Origin: a virus | Length of the DNA stretch: 64,000 bases | Virus record (IMG/VR): IMGVR_UViG_3300027708_000021 | Reading direction: 5' to 3' (one strand) | In this document: positions 21,198 to 31,476 of the stretch, piece after piece | How the letters are laid out: each line of letters begins with the position of its first letter | How positions within the stretch are numbered: the stretch's first letter is position 1 | Program-made: the position numbers and the translations under genes | The notes under the pieces: generated by a model | What the model was told of the DNA's origin: nothing | Databases searched by the model: none | The model's input: the letters and a program-made list of their open reading frames with translations, nothing else

Positions 21198-21893
21198 ATG
21201 ACAGCATCTACCAATCTAGTACACATTGTAAGTACTACTCAGCCAACAGGTTTGAATTTAGGGGACGAATGGTATAATCCTACGACCAACACTCTATACA
21301 AAAATCTGTTGGTCAATGGTACTACCACACTGGTAAATCAGTTGCCGGCATCAGCCAATTCAACAAGCAATATTTCCATGCCAACAGGCACAGGAGCAGC
21401 AGCTGTTCAAGGCTTATCTACTAATATTGCCAGCGGAAATGTTACGCCTTCCACATCGGGAACCAGTATTGACTTTACTGGCATTCCTAGTTGGGTAAAA
21501 CGTATAACTATAGTGTTTAATGGAGTTTCTGAAAACTCTGCAAGTCAAAATCTTATAATACAGATAGGAAATGGCAATATTGTTACAACAGGTTATGCTT
21601 CAAGCGCGGCTTATGCTGGAGCAAGTCCGGCAGGAGCCACTAGTACTGCTGGTTTAATTGTTGCTAATACAGTGAATTCCGCCAACATCTTGTCCGGCAC
21701 AATAACACTTACAACTTTAGGTCAAAATATTTGGGTGTCTTCAGGAACCATATCTATAACAAACGGCGCTTTTGTTTTCTTAGCCGGTGGAAATTCTCCT
21801 ACTCTTACCAGTGCTTTAGATAGAGTCCGTATTACTACAGAAGGCGGCACAGCTACATTTACCGCTGGTAGAATCGGCATTCTTTACGAATAA
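21198..21893 (+). CDS. Tail-fibre-related protein
   Basis: P..GDEWYN N-terminal motif; SIDFTGIPSWVKRITI...LDRVRITT...ILYE C-terminal domain typical of phage fibre tips. Confidence 0.55.
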   Translation: MTASTNLVHIVSTTQPTGLNLGDEWYNPTTNTLYKNLLVNGTTTLVNQLPASANSTSNISMPTGTGAAAVQGLSTNIASGNVTPSTSGTSIDFTGIPSWVKRITIVFNGVSENSASQNLIIQIGNGNIVTTGYASSAAYAGASPAGATSTAGLIVANTVNSANILSGTITLTTLGQNIWVSSGTISITNGAFVFLAGGNSPTLTSALDRVRITTEGGTATFTAGRIGILYE

Positions 21894-22003
21894 TCACCCG
21901 GCAGTAATCCTACATTTTCTCTAGTAAAATTCTAGCTCGAACATTGGCTATATCAAATTGTTTTGACTAAATATACTAATAATCGAGGACGCGATAAACA
22001 AAG

Positions 22004-24622
22004 ATGGCATTCCCTAGCTCACCAACAAACGGTCAACAGACCACTATAAACGGTATAACTTATCAGTATTCCAGTACTAGTAATTCGTGGACTAGAGTAA
22101 TATTACCATTTGCTAATATAGCGGCCAACGGTTATATTACTGCTACCAGTTATATCAGTGCAGCTGGCAATGTCCTTGGCAATAATATCATTGCCACTGG
22201 CAATATAGTTGGTAACTTAACTACTTCTGGCGCCGTATCTACTACGGGTAATATCTACGGTGGCAATGCGCTAATTTCTGGAAATGAATCAGTAACAGGT
22301 AATGTTATAGCCGGTAATATCTCTACAGGCACTTTCAGTGCCACTGGTAATATCACATCAAATAGTTATATTATCGGTAACGGAGCATTCTTATCCGGCA
22401 TACTTGTCAGCAGCTCAGGCAATATTTCTAGTGGTCAAAGTAATGTATCTATAAATGCTGCCAATGCCAATGTGACAGTTGGCGTAAGCACAGTGGGTAA
22501 TGTAGCAGTATTCACTCCTCTAGGATTAAATGTCACCGGCGCTATTAGTGCCAGTGGTAATGTAACAGGATTAGGATTTTTAAGTACAGGCGGTGCTGGA
22601 GTTATTTCTGGTTCTGGTAACATTATCGCAGGTAATTTCTTTTCTACTGGTAATATAAGTGTAGCAGGTAATGTAACAGGGGTGGGGCTTATATCCACAG
22701 GTGGCGCTGGTACTGTCAGTGCTAGTGGTAATGTAACTGGCGGAAATTTATTAACACCTAATAATGTTAGTGCTGGCGGTAATATAACCAGTGCAATATT
22801 TGTTACTACTGGAGCTAACGGTATAATATCTGGTGCTGGTAATATCTATGCTGGTAATATAAGTGCTACTGGCAATATCCTGGCTAATTTTGCAAGTGTC
22901 GTAGGTAACATATACGGCGCCAATATTATTGTAAATAATTTTGCTATCCTCTCAAGTTTTAGTGTTACTGGTAATATCACTGGAGGGAATCTACTTACTC
23001 CTAACAATGTTAGTGCTGGCGGCAATGTAACAAGCGCGGCTCTTGTTACCAGCGGAGCTGGTGGCATACTATCTGGTACAGGTAATATCTTTGCCGGTAA
23101 TATAAGTGCTAGTGGTAATATTTTTACCGGCACTAATTTAAGTGCTAGTGGCAATGTCTTAACAAGCGGCCTAATCAGCGCCGCTGGTAATGTTCTTGGT
23201 AATAATGTTTCGGCTAATATCTTAAATGCTACCAATTATATCAGTACCGTTGGTAATATATACGGAGCCGCTGCTACCATAGGTAATATAACCGTTACTG
23301 GAAGTTACAGCCTTACTGGTAATGTTGTTGGCGGAAATTTATTAACTAGTGGCTATGTCAGTGCTACTGGTAATGTAACGAGTTCAGCACTAATCACTAG
23401 CGGAGCTGGTGGTTTAATATCTGGTACAGGTAATATCTTTGCCGGTAATATAAGTGCTAGTGGTAATATTGTAGCCAACATTAGTTCAGCTAATACCATC
23501 AGTGCTGTCGGTAACATATTCAGTGCTAATGCAAACATAGGAAATTTATTTACAACATCGAGTTTCAGTACCGCCGGCAATCTAACAGGAAATACTATCC
23601 TTACTTCAGGTACTGCGGGCAACATTTCCGGTTCAGGTAACATCATTGCTGGTGCGTTGATTACAATCGGAACAGGTGGTATCATATCTGGTACTGGCAA
23701 CATTATTGCCGGTAATATACTTTCTACGGGTAATCTCGTCACAGCATCGGGTACAGGTGGTAATATTACTGGCGCCAATGTTATCTCTTCTAATACATTT
23801 AATGCAGTCACAGTCAGTGCTACTGGTAACGTATACGGTGCCAATGCTATTATAGGTAATATATCTATTACTGGAAATTACAGCGTTACAGGTAATGTAA
23901 CCGGTAATAATATTACTACTCTAGGTAGTGCGGGTAATATCTCCGGTTCAGGTAATATCATCGCTGGTGCTTTGATTACTACTGGCGCTGGCGGCATACT
24001 ATCTGGTACTGGTAACATCTATGCTGGCAATATAATTTCTGCGGGTAATCTCGTCACAGCATCGGGCACTGGTGGAAATATTACTGGGGCCAACGTTATC
24101 TCTGCTAATACATTTAGTGCTGTGGTAGTAAGTGCCACGGGTAATATACAAACAAGTAATTATTTCGTTGGCAATGGTTTTTACATAACAGGAGTTGGCG
24201 GACTCAATATCACTGATCAGCTAGCATCAGCTAATGTATTCTATCCGTTATTAGGCAACACTTCATCTGGTACACTAAATGCTGTTAACACTAGCAGTAC
24301 TAAATTAAACTATGTACCCAGTACCGGTACACTAAGCTCTACGGTATTTAATACTACATCTGATGCTGATAAAAAATCAAATATTGAAATTATAGCCAAC
24401 GCACTAGATATCGTTAACAATTTACGCGGGGTGACATTTGAATTCACTGACACTGGCGCACAGTCAGCTGGCTTGATAGCACAGGATGTGGAAAAATATT
24501 TGCCCCAGCTGGTAACAGCGTCAGACAACGGCAAGGCATTAAACTATAATGGAGTGATTGGCATACTGGTCGAGGCAGTGAAAACCCTGTCTGAGCAAGT
24601 CAAGAAATTGGAGGGCAAGTAA
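22004..24622 (+). CDS. Tail fibre with C-terminal peptidase S74 intramolecular chaperone
   Basis: MAFPSSPTNGQ N-terminus; GNIxA repeats; TSDADKKSNI...GLIAQDVE..LP.LV...LNYNGVIGILVEAVKTL plus coiled coil. Confidence 0.85.
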   Translation: MAFPSSPTNGQQTTINGITYQYSSTSNSWTRVILPFANIAANGYITATSYISAAGNVLGNNIIATGNIVGNLTTSGAVSTTGNIYGGNALISGNESVTGNVIAGNISTGTFSATGNITSNSYIIGNGAFLSGILVSSSGNISSGQSNVSINAANANVTVGVSTVGNVAVFTPLGLNVTGAISASGNVTGLGFLSTGGAGVISGSGNIIAGNFFSTGNISVAGNVTGVGLISTGGAGTVSASGNVTGGNLLTPNNVSAGGNITSAIFVTTGANGIISGAGNIYAGNISATGNILANFASVVGNIYGANIIVNNFAILSSFSVTGNITGGNLLTPNNVSAGGNVTSAALVTSGAGGILSGTGNIFAGNISASGNIFTGTNLSASGNVLTSGLISAAGNVLGNNVSANILNATNYISTVGNIYGAAATIGNITVTGSYSLTGNVVGGNLLTSGYVSATGNVTSSALITSGAGGLISGTGNIFAGNISASGNIVANISSANTISAVGNIFSANANIGNLFTTSSFSTAGNLTGNTILTSGTAGNISGSGNIIAGALITIGTGGIISGTGNIIAGNILSTGNLVTASGTGGNITGANVISSNTFNAVTVSATGNVYGANAIIGNISITGNYSVTGNVTGNNITTLGSAGNISGSGNIIAGALITTGAGGILSGTGNIYAGNIISAGNLVTASGTGGNITGANVISANTFSAVVVSATGNIQTSNYFVGNGFYITGVGGLNITDQLASANVFYPLLGNTSSGTLNAVNTSSTKLNYVPSTGTLSSTVFNTTSDADKKSNIEIIANALDIVNNLRGVTFEFTDTGAQSAGLIAQDVEKYLPQLVTASDNGKALNYNGVIGILVEAVKTLSEQVKKLEGK

Positions 24623-27600
24623 TGCCTTTTAATCAAGACAATTCAGATATATCTACATATTTTTCCAAGATAACGGATTATAGCGGGTGGACCAACTATT
24701 CCAGTGCCCAAGTAATTGGCAATAACAGTTATGGGCAGTTGGGTCTCAACACTAGAACTAACTATAGTAGCCCAGTGGTGGTAACACAAAGTACTAATCC
24801 CACTTGGCTAGATGCCGCGTATGTTAGATCTGGCCTTGGTCTAGCTTTAGTAAATCAAAATAATCAACCATTCTATTCTGGAGTAGCATTTTCAGATACC
24901 ACTAACAGAAGTAGTCCAGTACAAGTTAGCGCAGTAAGCAACTGGACACAAGTTGCTTGCGGATATGCTCACACCGCAGCTCTACAAAATAATGGCACAT
25001 GGTGGACTTGGGGAATAAATAGTTACGGACAACTAGGCCTTAGTAATACAACTAATAGATCAAGCCCGATTCAAGTAGGCACATTAAATAGCTGGACACA
25101 AGTCTCGTGTGGGTATATGTACACTACAGCTATAATAAGTCCTGGCATCTTATATGCCTGTGGATATAATAGCAGCGGTCAACTAGGCCTTAATACGAGT
25201 ACAACAGCCATCTCCAGTCCAGTTCAATTAGGTTTAGGACTGGCAGCTTTGTGGAATCAAGTTTCTGCTGGAGTGCAGTCCGCATTAGCTATACAAAGCA
25301 ATGGTACACTATGGTCATGGGGCAATAACAGTTATGGTCAATTAGGTCTTAGTAATATAACTCATAGAAGTAGTCCAGTACAAGTAGGCGCAATAAATTA
25401 TTGGACACAAGTTGCTGCTGGGTATTATCATGTTGCGGCCATACAAAGCCCTGGCACCTTATGGACCTGGGGACAAAATAATTTTGGTCAATTGGGTAAT
25501 AATAGTATAACTAATCAATCAAGTCCAATACAAATATCATATCCATTGCTAGGGTTAGCATCATGGCGAAGTCTTGGGTCGTTTTTCGGGTGGCATCAAT
25601 TAGGTATACAAACCAATGGCACGTTGTGGGCTTGGGGATGGAATGTCACTGGCCAGTTAGGACTTAGTAATACAACTGCTAGAAGTAGTCCAGTACAAGT
25701 TGGCACATTAAGTACCTGGACTCAGGTTGCTGGTGGTGGCCTCAATAATGGTTTTACCATAGCTATACAAACACCAGGCACACTTTGGGCATGGGGTAAT
25801 GATGGGTATGGGCAATTAGGTCTTAACACTACAACAAATTATTCTAGTCCAGTACAAGTAGGCGCACTAACTAATTGGACTCGAATTGCTGTCGGAGCAG
25901 CATATTATACTACAGTAATCCAAAGCAATGGTACACTATGGTCGTGGGGTAATAATAGTTTTGGTCAATTAGGTGTAAGTAATAGTACCCACTATTCTAG
26001 CCCAGTACAAGTAGGAGCATTGAGTGTTTGGACTCAAGTGGCATGTGGTTATAGCCATACTGTAGCTATACAAACTAATGGTACACTTTGGAGTTGGGGA
26101 GCTAATACTCGTGGACAATTAGGACTTAATACTACTACCATAAATTTATATAGTCCAGTTCAAGTGGGCGCACTAAGCACATGGACTCAAATCTCATGTG
26201 GATATTACCATACACTAGCATTACAAACACCAGGCACATTATGGGCCTGGGGACTTGGCCTAACCGGCCAATTAGGAAATAATAGTACAATAATTCAGAT
26301 TAGTCCAGTACAAATAGGCGCTCTAAGTAATTGGACTCGGGTATCTGGTGTGGCTACGGCCTCTTTCGCTATACAAACGCCAGGCACATTATGGGCATGG
26401 GGAGCAAATAGTACTGGCCAATTAGGTCTCAATACCACAGTAGGAGTGTTTAGTCCAGTACAAGTAGGATCACTAAGTAATTGGACTCAAGCAGGTGGTA
26501 TATCATTGCTCAGTGCGTGGGGTTTAGTAAGCCCGGGTGTGTTATATGAATGGGGTAATAATAGTTATGGTCAATTAGGAGCCAATACCGCAGCAACTAA
26601 TCCGGTATCAAGTCCAGTATTAATATATTCGGCTACAATTCCTGGTACTTGGAATCGTGTAGCATGTGGATATGGCCATACTGTTGCTATACAAAGCAAT
26701 GGCTCATTATGGTCGTGGGGAATAAATAATTACGGACAACTAGGCCTTGGCGATACAGTTAATAGAAGTAGTCTAATACAAATAGGATCAGCAAGTGCAT
26801 GGACCCAAGTCTCCGCTGGCGTCAATCAGATCTATGCGCTACAAAGTCCAGGAACATTATGGGCATGTGGTTACAATGGCTTTGGTCAGTTGGGTAATAA
26901 TAGTGTATTTAATGTATCAAGTCTAGTACAAGTGGGCACAATTAACTACTGGACACAAGTGGTCGGTGGCGGTGATTCTGCGTTTGGAATACAAAGTCCT
27001 GGAACATTATGGGCTTGGGGCAATAATAGTTATGGCCAATTAGGGTTTAGTGATCAAACAAATCGTTCTAGTCCAGTACAAGTAGGTCCTCTGAGTATAT
27101 GGACTCAAGTCTCTGCTGGGAATAACTTTGCTATTGCTGCACAGAGTAATGGTACGCTATGGGCGTGGGGTCTAAACAGTCAAGGCCAATTGGGTCTCAA
27201 TACCACAGTTGGTGTATCTAGCCCAGTACAGGTAGGCACGTTAAGCATATGGACTCGAGTGGCAGCTGGATTTTATTCTTCTTACAGTATCCAAACGTCA
27301 GGTACATTATACTCATACGGATTTAACTCGCTTGGAGAATTAGGACAAGGCGATACTACTAATCGTTCCAGTCCATTACAAATAGGTTCTGGACTATGGA
27401 CTCAGGTATCAGCTGGTTATCAGCATGCCGCAGCTATACAAAGTCCAGGCACATTATGGTCCTGGGGTAATGATGGGTATGGCCAATTAGGCCTTGGCAC
27501 TATAATTAATAGAAGTAGTCCAACACAAATTGGTGCGTCGAGTATATGGACTCAAGTTTCTTGTGGTCAATTAAATACTGTAGCTATACAAAGATACGGG

Positions 27601-29982
27601 GCTACATCATCAGGTACATTATGGACTTGGGGTAATAATAGTTTTGGGCAATTAGGACTTAATGATACCACACACCGTTCAAGCCCAGTTCAAGTAGGTG
27701 CGTTGACCACTTGGACACAAGTCTCCTGTGGATATTATGTTACAGCGGCTATACAAAACAACAGTACATTATGGATTTGGGGTTATAATAATCTTGGCCA
27801 ATTAGGACTTAATGATCTTACCAATAGAAGTAGTCCAGTACAGATAGGCGCACTTAGTACATGGACTCAAGTTTCTGCTGGATATCGTGTTACTGCTGGA
27901 CTAACAGCGCCAGGAATACTATATGCGTGGGGTAATAATAACAACGGGCAATTGGGACTTAACACTACTATTGGTGTATCAACACCTGTACAAGTAGGAA
28001 CATCAAGTACATGGACTAGTGTTACTAGCTCGTCGCAAGAGACATTGGCTATACAAAATAATGGCACATTATATGCGTGGGGATTGAATAGTTTTGGTCA
28101 GTTAGGCTTGTATAATCCGGCAGCATATTCAATTACCAATTACCCTAGTCAGTTCAGCACAGGAAATTATAAAAAAGTTACTACCAGCTATACCCAGAGC
28201 TATTTCCAAAAAACCGCGGATAATACCATAGTTCAGACTGGCACAGCAGATATACCCACTATAGATACCACTAACAGTATAGCTTGGTCAAGTTATGATA
28301 CAGGAGCTTATCATTTTGTTGGAGTACAAACCAATGGTACCGCTTGGAGTATAGGCGACAATAGTTATGGTCAACTGGGCCTTAATACTACAACAAGTAG
28401 TTACTCATCATTGACTCAGATCGGGTCTGGTTCCAACTGGGCAAGAGCCATAGCCGCTGATTACGGAAGTATGTTGATTGACAACAGCAATAATGCTTGG
28501 GTGTTTGGCAATAACAGTCAGTATCAACTGGGGTTAAGCGATCAAACCAACAGATCAAGTCCAGTACAGATTGCCTATATCACTGGTATTAGAAATGCAG
28601 CCATGGACAACAGTAACGTTTGGATGATCGATGGCAACAATAATCTCTGGGGCGGTGGTGCGTATAATGTCAGAGTAGCTATTAATACTTTACCAAATGT
28701 ATCAACACCTAGCCAAGCACCATTGAGTAACTGGACTACAGTGGTTGCCACGCAATATTCCACTCTTGGCATACAAAGCAATGGTACACTATGGTCATGG
28801 GGCAATAACAGTTATGGTCAATTAGGACAAGGAAATTTAACAAATCTTTCTACTCCTGTACAAGTTGGTGCCCTGAGTACCTGGACTAAGATTTCTGGTG
28901 TGGTTTCCACTGTTGCTATACAAACCAATGGCACATTATGGTCTTGGGGATTGAATAACGTTGGCCAATTAGGCAGTAGCAATACAACTAATAGAAGCAG
29001 TCCAGTACAGGTAGGAGCATTGAGTGTTTGGACACAAATTGCCTGCGGATATGCTCATACCGCATCTGTACAAACTAATGGTACGTTGTGGAGTTGGGGA
29101 GCCAATTCGTTTGGTCAATTAGGACTTAACGACGTGACAATTCGTTTAAGTCCAGTACAAGTGGGCGCATTGAGTGTATGGACTCGAGTGGCTAGTGGAG
29201 CTGCGCAAACTGCGGCATTACAGACTAATGGTACATTATGGGCCTGGGGTAATAACAGTTTTGGTCAGTTAGGTCTCAACGATGTGACACATCGTTCTAG
29301 TCCGGTACAAGTAGGTTCGTTAAGCACATGGACTCAAATTTCTTCTGCGCTTTCAGGTTATGCCACTGCAGCCATACAAACTCCTGGCACATTATGGATG
29401 TGGGGACTTAACACTTATGGACAATTAGGTTTAAATGATATAACCAATCGTTCTAGTCCAGTACAGGTAGGCGCACTTAGTACATGGGCCCGTGTTGCCT
29501 GCGGATATCAACACACTTTATCTGCGCTGAGTGATGGTACATTATATGTGTGGGGTAATAACAGCTACGGACAATTAGGTCTTAGTAATTCGACTAACAG
29601 AAGTAGTCCGGTACAATTAGGATCAACAAGTACATGGGCTCAGATCTCTGGTGGATATTTTCACACTACCGGAATACAAACTCCAGGTACATTGTACACT
29701 TGGGGTTATAATTTATTTGGGCAATTAGGTTTACCTGCTGTTCAATTTCCAAGACAACAGTTTGCCAGCAACTTATGGAACAATGCGGCTACCAATCAGG
29801 ATACTACATTATTAGTTTCTGTGAATAGTATAGTATATGGATTTGGAGTTAACAGCTATGGACAGTTAGGCATCAATACTTCTGGAGCTCCTTATCAATC
29901 TAGCCCCATACAAATTGGCTTTATAAATACTACAACAAAGGTAGAGACCAAAGCTGGTTCTTCTATAATATTATTTAAATGA
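24622..29982 (+). CDS. Giant RCC1/BLIP-II repeat beta-propeller protein (about 35 blades)
   Basis: About 50-aa repeat WTQVACG..HT.AIQ.NGTLWSWG.N..GQLG.....RSSPVQVG; TAATG-coupled to the S74 fibre gene. Confidence 0.9.
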   Translation: MPFNQDNSDISTYFSKITDYSGWTNYSSAQVIGNNSYGQLGLNTRTNYSSPVVVTQSTNPTWLDAAYVRSGLGLALVNQNNQPFYSGVAFSDTTNRSSPVQVSAVSNWTQVACGYAHTAALQNNGTWWTWGINSYGQLGLSNTTNRSSPIQVGTLNSWTQVSCGYMYTTAIISPGILYACGYNSSGQLGLNTSTTAISSPVQLGLGLAALWNQVSAGVQSALAIQSNGTLWSWGNNSYGQLGLSNITHRSSPVQVGAINYWTQVAAGYYHVAAIQSPGTLWTWGQNNFGQLGNNSITNQSSPIQISYPLLGLASWRSLGSFFGWHQLGIQTNGTLWAWGWNVTGQLGLSNTTARSSPVQVGTLSTWTQVAGGGLNNGFTIAIQTPGTLWAWGNDGYGQLGLNTTTNYSSPVQVGALTNWTRIAVGAAYYTTVIQSNGTLWSWGNNSFGQLGVSNSTHYSSPVQVGALSVWTQVACGYSHTVAIQTNGTLWSWGANTRGQLGLNTTTINLYSPVQVGALSTWTQISCGYYHTLALQTPGTLWAWGLGLTGQLGNNSTIIQISPVQIGALSNWTRVSGVATASFAIQTPGTLWAWGANSTGQLGLNTTVGVFSPVQVGSLSNWTQAGGISLLSAWGLVSPGVLYEWGNNSYGQLGANTAATNPVSSPVLIYSATIPGTWNRVACGYGHTVAIQSNGSLWSWGINNYGQLGLGDTVNRSSLIQIGSASAWTQVSAGVNQIYALQSPGTLWACGYNGFGQLGNNSVFNVSSLVQVGTINYWTQVVGGGDSAFGIQSPGTLWAWGNNSYGQLGFSDQTNRSSPVQVGPLSIWTQVSAGNNFAIAAQSNGTLWAWGLNSQGQLGLNTTVGVSSPVQVGTLSIWTRVAAGFYSSYSIQTSGTLYSYGFNSLGELGQGDTTNRSSPLQIGSGLWTQVSAGYQHAAAIQSPGTLWSWGNDGYGQLGLGTIINRSSPTQIGASSIWTQVSCGQLNTVAIQRYGATSSGTLWTWGNNSFGQLGLNDTTHRSSPVQVGALTTWTQVSCGYYVTAAIQNNSTLWIWGYNNLGQLGLNDLTNRSSPVQIGALSTWTQVSAGYRVTAGLTAPGILYAWGNNNNGQLGLNTTIGVSTPVQVGTSSTWTSVTSSSQETLAIQNNGTLYAWGLNSFGQLGLYNPAAYSITNYPSQFSTGNYKKVTTSYTQSYFQKTADNTIVQTGTADIPTIDTTNSIAWSSYDTGAYHFVGVQTNGTAWSIGDNSYGQLGLNTTTSSYSSLTQIGSGSNWARAIAADYGSMLIDNSNNAWVFGNNSQYQLGLSDQTNRSSPVQIAYITGIRNAAMDNSNVWMIDGNNNLWGGGAYNVRVAINTLPNVSTPSQAPLSNWTTVVATQYSTLGIQSNGTLWSWGNNSYGQLGQGNLTNLSTPVQVGALSTWTKISGVVSTVAIQTNGTLWSWGLNNVGQLGSSNTTNRSSPVQVGALSVWTQIACGYAHTASVQTNGTLWSWGANSFGQLGLNDVTIRLSPVQVGALSVWTRVASGAAQTAALQTNGTLWAWGNNSFGQLGLNDVTHRSSPVQVGSLSTWTQISSALSGYATAAIQTPGTLWMWGLNTYGQLGLNDITNRSSPVQVGALSTWARVACGYQHTLSALSDGTLYVWGNNSYGQLGLSNSTNRSSPVQLGSTSTWAQISGGYFHTTGIQTPGTLYTWGYNLFGQLGLPAVQFPRQQFASNLWNNAATNQDTTLLVSVNSIVYGFGVNSYGQLGINTSGAPYQSSPIQIGFINTTTKVETKAGSSIILFK

Positions 29983-31472
29983 CCTCAAGCAATTATCTTA
30001 ATAATGCTGTTGATCTGGACAGCACATACATAGTTAACAATGATCCTAACTATCAAGGTATCCAGTCGGCGGTTACAAGTAGAAAGACTGTGATGTTTGG
30101 TCAGCAGATATTATCACAGACATATCCCATAGGCAATCTTAATAATGCTATCAACTATGCTCAATCTATACCCAGTCCAATAGTTGACCAAGACTCTGTT
30201 AATATTACTGGAGTAACACCTACTGCTGTATTTTATCGAAGTCGCGCCAACACCAGTCAAAGCACAGTAAGAGGAAATTTTAATCTACTAGAAAATATTC
30301 CGCAGACTACACCCTGGCAGACCACTCCCTCGCTGGGAAATTCCAGTACGCCAGTACAGTCAGGTTCTACGGCCAGTAACTGGAGTCAAATTGCATCTAA
30401 TTACCAGAGCGGCAGTGGCGGCGCCCCGGGGCTGGCTCCTGCGCTTGCACTTCAAAGCAATGGCACATTATGGGGTAGCGGATATAATAGCCGAGGCGCA
30501 TTGGGAAATAATTCTACTTCTGATTCAACTTTTTTCCAGCAAGTAATTGGACCCAACGCAACAGGTCCGATTAATTCTTGGTCTCAGGTTGTTGGTAGTA
30601 AGTGGGTATTGGCCATACAAAGTAATGGCACACTATGGTCATGGGGCTATAATCTTGCCGGCGAGTGCGGCCTCGGTACTGCCAATAATTCTTTCTCCAG
30701 TCCAGTACAAATAGGCACATCGCTTTGGTCTAAAATTGCTTGTGGTTACTCGTCTAATTTGGCCATACAAACTAATGGCACATTGTGGGCTTGGGGTCAG
30801 CAAAGATACGGACAATTGGGAAATGGGTCAACTGTTATAGGTAGTCTTAGTAGTCCAGTACAAATAGGCATTCAAAGTTATTGGGTCAATGTGGCCAATG
30901 GAAGTAGAAATAGTTTTATGTTTCAAAACAATGGCGTACTATGGGGTTCGGGAGATAATATTTTTGGAGCATTGGGAAATAATACCACTACCAGTTTTTC
31001 TACCCCCGTACAGGTAAGCACAATTAGTAATTGGAGTCAAGCAGCTTGCGGGTATAACTTTAGTGTAGCATTGCAAAGTAATGGCACGCTGTGGACGTGG
31101 GGTAATAATAGTTTTGGTCAGTTGGGTCAAAGCGATCTAATAAATCGCTCCAGTACAACACAAGTAGGCTCACTGAGTACATGGGTACAGATTGCCTGCG
31201 GCTATAGTCATGCTGTGGCTGTTCAAAGCAATGGCACAATATGGGCATGGGGCAATAATAGTTTTGGTCAGTTGGGTCTAAGTGATGTGACGCATCGTTC
31301 AAGTCCAGTACAGGTGGGTGCGCTGAGTGCGTGGACTCGTGTTGCTTGTGGAGGATATTATACTCTAGCTGTAAACAATGGTGTAATATATGGGTGGGGG
31401 AATAACTCTGCTGGTCAGTTTGGGCTTACTCCCACGGCAAATTCAGTAACTAAAGTAACATATGGATTATAA
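29979..31472 (+). CDS. RCC1 repeat protein (one 7-blade propeller plus divergent N-terminus)
   Basis: Seven canonical repeats from about aa 135; ATGA-coupled. Confidence 0.88.
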   Translation: MTSSNYLNNAVDLDSTYIVNNDPNYQGIQSAVTSRKTVMFGQQILSQTYPIGNLNNAINYAQSIPSPIVDQDSVNITGVTPTAVFYRSRANTSQSTVRGNFNLLENIPQTTPWQTTPSLGNSSTPVQSGSTASNWSQIASNYQSGSGGAPGLAPALALQSNGTLWGSGYNSRGALGNNSTSDSTFFQQVIGPNATGPINSWSQVVGSKWVLAIQSNGTLWSWGYNLAGECGLGTANNSFSSPVQIGTSLWSKIACGYSSNLAIQTNGTLWAWGQQRYGQLGNGSTVIGSLSSPVQIGIQSYWVNVANGSRNSFMFQNNGVLWGSGDNIFGALGNNTTTSFSTPVQVSTISNWSQAACGYNFSVALQSNGTLWTWGNNSFGQLGQSDLINRSSTTQVGSLSTWVQIACGYSHAVAVQSNGTIWAWGNNSFGQLGLSDVTHRSSPVQVGALSAWTRVACGGYYTLAVNNGVIYGWGNNSAGQFGLTPTANSVTKVTYGL

Positions 31473-31476
31473 TTAA

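Noticed and set aside
4523-24534. Many minus-strand ORFs (PVALI/LPVT-rich) inside the fibre genes
   Set aside because: Antisense shadows of repetitive GGN-AAT-RTN codons; no promoters, SDs or recognisable domains
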